In this document: piece by piece, positions 1 through 6,344 of the stretch
Position numbering within the stretch: the stretch's first letter is position 1
Layout: every line of letters begins with the position of its first letter
Source: a bacterium
Lineage (GTDB): Bacteria > Zhuqueibacterota > Zhuqueibacteria > Oceanimicrobiales > Oceanimicrobiaceae
Assembly (NCBI GenBank): GCA_046757165.1
Contig: JBHHXT010000155.1
Location: 1-11,394 of the forward strand
Reading direction: 5' to 3'
DNA: 11,394 nt
Notes under the pieces: generated by a model
Database searches by the model: none
Told to the model about the DNA's origin: nothing
What the model saw: only the letters and a program-made list of their open reading frames with translations
Made by a program: the position numbers and the translations under genes

Positions 1-60
1 GACGGCATAGAACTAAAGTGGTCCCTGTCGAGTCGAAGGATGGGCCTCGCAGCTCAAGAT

Positions 61-2232
61 TCAAGCGGCGCCGTTCAGCTCCACCCGGCCGCGTTTGTCA
101 AAAGCGAGCACATCCATCGGGCACACGGTGACGCAGATGCCGCAGTGGATGCATGAGGTATTCTGATTCGAGAAGCGCTCCTGATTTTTGGCGAAGCTCA
201 TGACATCGATTCCGACTTCGCAGTAGCGTGAGCACTCGCCGCAGGTGATGCACTTTTCGTTGCTCTTGATGCCCAGTTTGCCGAAGCGGTGGCTCCAGAA
301 CTCCATCCATTTCGCCAGCGGGCACCAGTAGCGGCACCAGATTTTGCCGCCAAAGAAGGGATAGAGCGTCACCGGAATCACGCCCACCAGCCAGAAATCC
401 GCGATGTAGGCGTACCACGAGCGCGCCTGTTCACCCACTTGTGAGAGGAAGCCGAACCAGTGATAGATGTCATCATGCATCAGCTTGCCAAACAGCATGT
501 TGCCGCAGACGAGGATCGTTGCTACAAATGCCCACACCAGGACCGCCACGTTCATCCACTCCCACGCTTTTGCCCGCTTGCCTTTGGGCGCTTTGTGCCG
601 CCATTGGTCCCCCCAGGTTTCGGCCAGGCCGCCACAGCCGCAGACCCAGGTGCAGTAACGTTTGCCGTGATGGATGGAAAGAACAGGAATCACCACAAAA
701 GCCGTCATCAGGCCCCAGATGATGTAGAACAGGCTGATGTCATAAAAGAATTGGTGGAATTGCAGCGGCCAGGCGTATTCAAATCCGTACGCCTTCCAGG
801 AAAATTCCGGCCGGCCGAGCACGAGGTTGGCGCCGGCTTTGTGGTGGACGTACCACATGATGAACTCAGGCACCAGAAACCCCAGCGTCCACTGTATCGT
901 GATCAAGGTCAGGTACCGTTTCTTCTGATAGCTGTCCTTGTAGTTGACTCCCCAGCGCACGTAAGCCTTGAAGCCAAAGTAGGTCATGAACAAGGTGTAC
1001 AGGGCTGCGTACCAGAAGCTCGGTGAGATGCTTTTGCTGAAGCCAAAGAGATTCCAATGGAGGGTCAGGGTCTCCTTGAAGTTGACAGCATTGCCGGCAG
1101 GATCGGTAAACCAGGTTTGGTTGAAGGGCCACCACGGCGCCTTGATGGCGTAGACGGTGTAGAAAATTACAAACATGGCCATCAGGTAGAGATAGCGCTT
1201 CAAATCCCAGGCGCCTTCGAGCTTGATGCCGACCTTGTTGAAGAACTTGATCGGCAGCTCGGCGCCGATCATCTCGAAAACGTGGTCGTTCTTCAGCCTG
1301 ACCGTCTGATCGTCGGTTGTGAAGGTCACGAAATCCTTGCCGATCTCCTTCAGGTGCGAATTGAAATGAATCGAGAGCTTTCCGTCGCGTTCGAGCTCGC
1401 GCAGTTTGTCGACGTTTCTTTTCTTCGGGAAGATGAATTCCGGGTCGACCGTGACCATGGTGACGCGGTTGTGCGGTGCCAGGGCGATGGTGGCTTCGGC
1501 TGCGACATCCCCACCGCCGTAGACCAGGATATCCTTGCCTTCGAACGCCTCCGGGTCAGCGAGAAAGTGTGAGATTTTTTCGCCATGCTCCTTTTCCCCG
1601 GCAACACCCGCTTTGCGCGGATTGCCGGCCTTGCCAATGGCGAGAACCACGTACTTCGCTTTGTAGCTTCCTCTTGACGTGGTGACGACAAAAAGGTCGG
1701 TAAGCTTCTTGATGTCGGTGACGGACTCATGGATGTTGATCTTCAAGCCGCGCTCGGCGATCTGGCGCTCCCAGCGCGCGAGCAGCTCTTCTTTTGCACA
1801 CTCTTCGCACCACAGGGAGGATTCCAGGGGAACATCGAGCGGCTCGATAAAGAGCGGTTTGCCTTTGGTGAAGGAGCGGATGAGATTGCCGGGCTTCCCC
1901 TGCTCGATGACGATATAGTTGAGCCCCAGTTCCTGTGCCCGGTTTGCGGCCCCCAGTCCCGCGGCACCAGCGCCGACGATGAGCACATCGTAGACTTCGG
2001 CCGGCAAATTCAGCGGCGGCTTGTTCTCGAACAGGTCGTTGATGAGACCGTTGCCCTGGTTCAGCCCCAGCTTGATCAGCGGCGTGCCACGCACCTCGCC
2101 GATGAGATACAAACCGGGGATGTTGCTCTCGTGCCGGTCGTTGACTTGTGGCAGCTTGATAATGGCTGGATCGAAGGTTTTCGCGAAAAGCGTGGAAAAG
2201 AATCCTTTTGTGCTTTGAACCAAGAATAGCAT
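61..2232 (-). CDS. FAD-dependent pyridine nucleotide-disulfide oxidoreductase (TrxB/YpdA-like) fused to a multi-pass membrane domain and C-terminal 2x[4Fe-4S] ferredoxin (NapH/MauN/RdxA-like)
   Basis: 723-aa ORF. FAD Rossmann motif YDVLIVGAGAAG (GxGxxG at 1957-1974), VVLAIG motif and second Rossmann motif GGGDVA (1501-1518). Several hydrophobic helices follow, then CTWVCGCG (Cys span 634-654), CRYWCP, and ferredoxin motifs CITCGECSRYC and CIHCGICVTVCP. The exact start is uncertain because AAGGA directly abuts the ATG at 2232. Confidence 0.9.
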   Translation of the reverse strand: MLFLVQSTKGFFSTLFAKTFDPAIIKLPQVNDRHESNIPGLYLIGEVRGTPLIKLGLNQGNGLINDLFENKPPLNLPAEVYDVLIVGAGAAGLGAANRAQELGLNYIVIEQGKPGNLIRSFTKGKPLFIEPLDVPLESSLWCEECAKEELLARWERQIAERGLKINIHESVTDIKKLTDLFVVTTSRGSYKAKYVVLAIGKAGNPRKAGVAGEKEHGEKISHFLADPEAFEGKDILVYGGGDVAAEATIALAPHNRVTMVTVDPEFIFPKKRNVDKLRELERDGKLSIHFNSHLKEIGKDFVTFTTDDQTVRLKNDHVFEMIGAELPIKFFNKVGIKLEGAWDLKRYLYLMAMFVIFYTVYAIKAPWWPFNQTWFTDPAGNAVNFKETLTLHWNLFGFSKSISPSFWYAALYTLFMTYFGFKAYVRWGVNYKDSYQKKRYLTLITIQWTLGFLVPEFIMWYVHHKAGANLVLGRPEFSWKAYGFEYAWPLQFHQFFYDISLFYIIWGLMTAFVVIPVLSIHHGKRYCTWVCGCGGLAETWGDQWRHKAPKGKRAKAWEWMNVAVLVWAFVATILVCGNMLFGKLMHDDIYHWFGFLSQVGEQARSWYAYIADFWLVGVIPVTLYPFFGGKIWCRYWCPLAKWMEFWSHRFGKLGIKSNEKCITCGECSRYCEVGIDVMSFAKNQERFSNQNTSCIHCGICVTVCPMDVLAFDKRGRVELNGAA

Positions 2233-2396
2233 TCCTTGTCTCTCTTCTGGTGGTGAATGCGACGGGCCCTCAACCGGAGTCGGACGAAAGCGTTCCCGGC
2301 TTGAGGAAAATTACCATTCTTTAAACTCGACAGGTCGGCAATGTTATTCCGTTTAACGTGGTCTGTTATCCTATTATTCCGTCAAAGCTGATGTGA

Positions 2397-2438
2397 CACG
2401 ACATTCATGTCGTGACTCTGATGCGACATAAATGTCGC
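2397..2438. promoter_or_regulatory. Two tandem palindromic operator-like sites, core CGACAT-N2-ATGTCG
   Basis: CACGACAT-TC-ATGTCGTG (2397-2414) and GCGACAT-AA-ATGTCGC (2423-2438) are both perfect inverted repeats, with centres 25 bp apart, in the divergent intergenic region. Confidence 0.7.
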
Positions 2439-2481
2439 GTTACAGCCCCCATCCCTCTCGGATTTGTAGATACCTAACTAA

Positions 2482-2502
2482 AACACGGTTGCAAACCGTG
2501 TT
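2482..2502. repeat. Perfect 9-bp inverted repeat (hairpin, REP-like palindrome)
   Basis: AACACGGTT-GCA-AACCGTGTT. Confidence 0.6.
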
Positions 2503-2564
2503 GGATCAGGCTTGAATCAAGTGTGCCCTCGATGGGGAACATTCACGACGGGGCGAAATATTTC

Positions 2565-2593
2565 TTGACAATCCTCTCGAAAGCGCGTAAGTT
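2565..2593 (+). promoter_or_regulatory. Sigma70-type promoter of the activator gene
   Basis: Perfect TTGACA (2565-2570), 17-bp spacer, then TAAGTT (2588-2593; TAnnnT conserved), ending 5 nt before ATG 2599. Confidence 0.7.
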
Positions 2594-2598
2594 TGAGC

Positions 2599-4140
2599 AT
2601 GAACGATAGCGACGCGGTCATCCTCGAGCAATCTTTACGCGAGCTGCAATCCCTGAACCGTCTGGCGCTGGCCATCTCATCGACCACGGATGTTGAAGAA
2701 ATCACCAACACGATTATTCAACAGGCCACTGAAATAACCCGGGCAAGCCAGGGCTCTATTTTGCTGACGCAAGATCCCATAGAGTCGAAGTTCACGACCC
2801 TGGTTCGGCTGGGCACCAGCCGGCACGAGGCGCTGGTACAGAAGATGTGCATGGTCATCGCAGGCTGGATTCTGAAACACAAAACCTCGCTGCTGGTCAA
2901 CGACATTTTGCTGGATGAGCGCTTTCAGGGATTGCAGGTGTTGGAGTACCCGCTGCAGTCTGTTCTGGCGGTGCCGATTCAGACGAGCGGTACCATGTTG
3001 GGCGTGCTGGTACTGCACAGCAAGGAGGGAGAGCGTCGATTCCAGGAGAACGACTTGCGGATTATGACCATCATCGCGTCGCAATCGGCTCATATTCTGG
3101 CAAACGCGCAGCTTTTGCGACAGCTTAAAGAGGAAAATAAACATCTAAAGCAGGAAATTGCGCGACAATACAGGTTCAAGGAAATCATCGGGCGCGGCCC
3201 TGCCATGCAGAAGCTGTTCCAATTGCTCGAAAAAATCATCCCGACCGATGCCAGGGTACTCATTCATGGCGAAAGCGGGACCGGCAAGGAGCTGATTGCG
3301 CGCGCTATTCACTACAACGGTCCGCGCAAGAAAAGCCGGTTCGTGGCCATTGACTGTGGTGCCTTGCCGGAAAACTTGCTGGAGAGCGAGCTGTTTGGTC
3401 ACGTCAAAGGGGCGTTCACCGGTGCCACCGAAAGCAAAAAGGGTCTGTTTCATGTTGCCGATACCGGGACCCTTTTTCTCGATGAAATCAACAATACCAG
3501 CCCGGCGCTTCAGGCGAAGCTGCTGCGGGCCATTCAGGAAGGCGAGATTCGACCGGTCGGCGGCACCAAGACCATCAAAGTGGACGTCCGGATTGTTTGC
3601 GCCTCCAGCAAGGAGCTCTCGGAGTGTGTGCAGGCGGGCACTTTCCGCCAGGACCTCTATTTTCGTCTGAAGGTCGTGACCGTGAAACTGCCACCCCTGC
3701 GCGAACGCAAAGACGACCTCCCCCTTCTGGCCAACCATTTTCTCACCAAATTCAGCAAATCACTCAACAAGCCCATTCAGGGACTGACCCCGGAGGTGCT
3801 CAATCAACTGTTGCGCTACACCTGGCCCGGGAATGTTCGTGAGTTGGAGAATACCATTGAACGCTGCGTGACCTTAGCGGAGCCGGACGCCAAGGTCGTC
3901 GACCTCGACCTGCTTCCGGAAGAGCTGCACACAACCCCTCCTCCCCTTTCCGCAGCGATGCTGGGTGACGAAACCAACCTGACCCGAGCCGTAGAGGAGC
4001 TGGAGCGCACCCTGGTGCGCGAAGCCCTATCCAGGTTCGACGGCAACCGTACCCGGGCTGCTGAGTATCTGGGACTCAGCAGGCGGGGTCTACTCAACAA
4101 GATCGAGCGCTACGGATTGCACTCACTTCCCACCGTGTGA
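2599..4140 (+). CDS. Sigma54-dependent transcriptional activator (GAF - AAA+ - Fis-type HTH; NifA/FhlA-like architecture)
   Basis: N-terminal GAF-like region (LLVNDILLDERF...SVLAVPI...GVLVL), Walker A GESGTGKE (3268-3291), ESELFGH, GAFTGA (3409-3426), Walker B TLFLDEI, FRQDLYFRL, WPGNVRELEN, and HTH GNRTRAAEYLGLSRRGLLNKI. ATG 2599 is preferred over TTG 2593, which overlaps the predicted -10 box. Confidence 0.95.
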   Translation: MNDSDAVILEQSLRELQSLNRLALAISSTTDVEEITNTIIQQATEITRASQGSILLTQDPIESKFTTLVRLGTSRHEALVQKMCMVIAGWILKHKTSLLVNDILLDERFQGLQVLEYPLQSVLAVPIQTSGTMLGVLVLHSKEGERRFQENDLRIMTIIASQSAHILANAQLLRQLKEENKHLKQEIARQYRFKEIIGRGPAMQKLFQLLEKIIPTDARVLIHGESGTGKELIARAIHYNGPRKKSRFVAIDCGALPENLLESELFGHVKGAFTGATESKKGLFHVADTGTLFLDEINNTSPALQAKLLRAIQEGEIRPVGGTKTIKVDVRIVCASSKELSECVQAGTFRQDLYFRLKVVTVKLPPLRERKDDLPLLANHFLTKFSKSLNKPIQGLTPEVLNQLLRYTWPGNVRELENTIERCVTLAEPDAKVVDLDLLPEELHTTPPPLSAAMLGDETNLTRAVEELERTLVREALSRFDGNRTRAAEYLGLSRRGLLNKIERYGLHSLPTV

Positions 4141-4152
4141 AGCCGCTTCACA
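4136..4152. promoter_or_regulatory. Putative upstream activator sequence (enhancer) palindrome
   Basis: Perfect TGTGAAG-CCG-CTTCACA overlapping the activator stop codon, centred about 135 bp upstream of the predicted sigma54 start site. Two related copies lie at 5054-5094. Confidence 0.65.
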
Positions 4153-4210
4153 TCTGACTCACTTGCCTCATCTCTTTTCCTGAGATTCAGCCCCCCTTTA
4201 GCTTTCACAA

Positions 4211-4223
4211 AAACAAGCGATTA
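4211..4223 (+). promoter_or_regulatory. IHF-like binding site
   Basis: AAACAAGCGATTA has one mismatch to WATCAANNNNTTR and sits between the putative enhancer and the -24/-12 promoter, the usual position. Confidence 0.45.
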
Positions 4224-4252
4224 GCTCTGTCTGCAACCGGCTTTGGTCTTTC

Positions 4253-4268
4253 TGGCACATCGCTTGCG
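4253..4268 (+). promoter_or_regulatory. Sigma54 (-24/-12) promoter for the methyltransferase
   Basis: TGGCAC-ATCGC-TTGCG with exact GG-N10-GC spacing. It is intergenic and directly downstream of a sigma54 activator gene. Predicted +1 is about 4279. Confidence 0.85.
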
Positions 4269-4386
4269 TTTCCACGTGCCGTTCTTTGCAGTGTCTGTTC
4301 ATCGTTGCAAAGAAGGACAGGTGATGCGGGGCTGGCGCTGTTGTGCTGGCCTGGCGATTTGTGGAACGAAATAACCGGAGGTGAAT

Positions 4387-4992
4387 ATGGAAACAATGGT
4401 CACAACCGAACGGCGGCGAGACGTCACGCTGACGTTGCCCGATGATTTTTTGCCTGTAAACGACGAATACCAGCCGTTCAGAATCATCGAGCGGCGCAAT
4501 TTCATGCAGACGAAGCTCGAGGTCCCTGCTCTGGTCAAAACGATGAAGTTGCCGTGCAACAAGCGTATCCTGGAGATCGGTTGTGGCCCTGGCATCGCGC
4601 TGGTGCCGCTGGCCAAACTCTGCAAGCCGGCACGTTTGGTCGGCATTGATATCGATGATTTGCTGCTCAAACAAGCGCAATCGCGACTGCGGGAAAACCA
4701 TATCCGCGTTGAGCTGTATCAGGAGGATGTGCGCAATTTGCCGTTCCCTGATGAATCCTTTGACATCGTCATCGACTTCGGGACGTGTTACCATATCAAC
4801 CGCCGGGTGAGAGCGCTCAAGGAAATCACACGAGTTCTGGCACCCGGCGGCACCTTTGCCTACGAGACCCCCCTGGTGCAATTGTTGGCACACCCCGTGC
4901 GGTCGTTCCGCAAACGGGTGCCCTGGAAACTGGCCCCGAACTTGCAGCCGGAACGGGCATGGATTTTGTGGGCCAGCCGGACCAAGAGGTAG
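4387..4992 (+). CDS. Class I SAM-dependent methyltransferase, substrate unknown
   Basis: Motif I ILEIGCGPG, LVGIDID, EDVRNLPFPDESFDIV and ALKEITRVLAPGG. SD GGAGG (4377-4381) lies 5 nt before ATG 4387; the ORF-track GTG 4381 is part of the SD. Confidence 0.92.
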   Translation: METMVTTERRRDVTLTLPDDFLPVNDEYQPFRIIERRNFMQTKLEVPALVKTMKLPCNKRILEIGCGPGIALVPLAKLCKPARLVGIDIDDLLLKQAQSRLRENHIRVELYQEDVRNLPFPDESFDIVIDFGTCYHINRRVRALKEITRVLAPGGTFAYETPLVQLLAHPVRSFRKRVPWKLAPNLQPERAWILWASRTKR

Positions 4993-5053
4993 AGGCGCCA
5001 TGCGTCATCCGGTAAAACTTCTGTTGGTCCCCACAAGCTTGATTTCTCAAGAG

Positions 5054-5094
5054 TGTGAAGGTTCTTTACACTTAAGGTGTGAAGACTGTTTACA
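5054..5094. promoter_or_regulatory. Two further copies of the TGTGAAG-N3-CTTCACA-type site
   Basis: TGTGAAG-GTT-CTTTACA (5054-5070) and TGTGAAG-ACT-GTTTACA (5078-5094), 24 bp apart. Confidence 0.6.
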
Positions 5095-5153
5095 GCTTGT
5101 CAGGAGATTGAGCGCAACGATGTTGTCATACAATCCGAAGGAGATGTAGGGAA

Positions 5154-6344
5154 ATGATTGTCAGCAAGCTATTCTGCAACCACGCCGCGCCTGTGTTGGT
5201 GCTCTTCAGTTTGACAGCCCTGGCTGTGGCCAACCCTGAAAAACAGCGCTTGCTCACGTTGAACGAGGCGGTCGGTCCGGTCATCGATGCTGATGAAAAT
5301 GCCAGTTATCTTTTGTTTAGCCAGAATATCGGACTCATTTCAGCCAGTGTCTATCAAATTTCCGCGAGCTCCTGGCGGCTTCATCTCATCGGCGACAAGG
5401 ACGGGCGTCCGTGGATGGTGGTGCAAAAGCTCGGTGATGTCGGGCTGAGGAAGCTGAAAAAACGGATCCTCCGGGTTGAGAAGAACCGCGCCGAATCCGT
5501 GGAGCGAGCGCAGACTCATGTGGTTCGCCAAATCGATCTGGATGCCGAATTCAACTTCGAGCAGCCGGTCAGGATAACGTTGGTAGATGATTCCGAGCTC
5601 TATGGCCATATCAGCGCTTGTACTCCCGATGGCATCGGATTTGTCACCATCGGCGGCTCCGAGGTTAAGATCGGCGAGGGGCAGGTGCTCGAAATCAGAT
5701 GGCCGAAAGGCCAATTTTCCAACGGCGAATTCGTGCGCTATGACCCGAATCATATCCGGCTTTTTTTTGGTGCGACTGGTCGCACCATGAAAAAGGGCGA
5801 GGGTAATCTTTCGAATTTCTATGTTTTTTTCCCAACCGTCGCTTTCGGCCTGACCGATCATTTTATGATTGGAGGCGGTATGTCATTGTTGCCGGGGGCA
5901 CCGAAACAGCTTGTGTATTTTTCTCCTAAAATAAGATTCGTTCATCGAGAAAGCTTCGATATGGCCGCTGGCTATCTGTACCTGGGCGTCCCCGGTGAGG
6001 GCCATGTGAACGCGGCCTATACCTCGCTTTCTGTTGGCAACCCGCTGGGCGGCGTGACGGTGGGGGTGGCGCTGCCCTTTGGCGCCGGCGGTGAGCTGGG
6101 AGAATTCGTTTCAATTCTATTCGGCGCGGAGAAACAACTGTCGAGCAGTGTCAAGATCATGACGGAGAACTGGTACTTAACCGACAACGACGGAGAGAGT
6201 CTGCTCTTGCTCTCAGGCGGGTTCCGCTTTATCGGCGACCGCCTGACCGTAGGATTGGGCTTCTTCACATCCCCTGAAGCGCTCGAGTCAGAGGCATTTC
6301 CGATCTTTCCCTGGCTGGACTTTTCGTTGAGCTTTGGCAAATGA
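5154..6344 (+). CDS. Hypothetical exported protein with probable C-terminal outer-membrane beta-barrel
   Basis: 396-aa ORF with purine-rich upstream sequence and a signal-peptide-like N-terminus (VLVLFSLTALAVA). The C-terminal ~200 aa are Gly/aromatic-rich alternating strands ending WLDFSLSFGK. Confidence 0.75.
   Translation: MIVSKLFCNHAAPVLVLFSLTALAVANPEKQRLLTLNEAVGPVIDADENASYLLFSQNIGLISASVYQISASSWRLHLIGDKDGRPWMVVQKLGDVGLRKLKKRILRVEKNRAESVERAQTHVVRQIDLDAEFNFEQPVRITLVDDSELYGHISACTPDGIGFVTIGGSEVKIGEGQVLEIRWPKGQFSNGEFVRYDPNHIRLFFGATGRTMKKGEGNLSNFYVFFPTVAFGLTDHFMIGGGMSLLPGAPKQLVYFSPKIRFVHRESFDMAAGYLYLGVPGEGHVNAAYTSLSVGNPLGGVTVGVALPFGAGGELGEFVSILFGAEKQLSSSVKIMTENWYLTDNDGESLLLLSGGFRFIGDRLTVGLGFFTSPEALESEAFPIFPWLDFSLSFGK

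Noticed and set aside
1..30. Possible start of a next minus-strand gene (ATG at 8-6)
   Set aside because: Only 8 nt are visible and the AGGGA is 13 nt away, so it cannot be supported.
2338..2351. Possible minus-strand sigma54 promoter CGGAATAACATTGC for the oxidoreductase
   Set aside because: GG-to-GC spacing is 9 nt, not the required 10, and the -24 box is poor.
4136..4152. Palindrome at the activator stop as an intrinsic terminator or SECIS-like readthrough signal
   Set aside because: There is no U-tract directly after the stem, the protein is already complete after its HTH, and the motif recurs elsewhere like a protein-binding site.
4198..5001. 267-aa minus-strand ORF and the other alternative-frame ORFs overlapping the main genes
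   Set aside because: They are antisense or frame shadows of well-supported genes in GC-rich DNA and have no recognisable motifs.
4136..5094. TGTGAA...TT(C/T)ACA sites read as Rex, TyrR or CRP boxes
   Set aside because: The spacer between hexamers is 5 nt, whereas Rex uses 4 and TyrR uses 6. The CRP TGTGA-N6-TCACA spacing is also off by one (N7 here).
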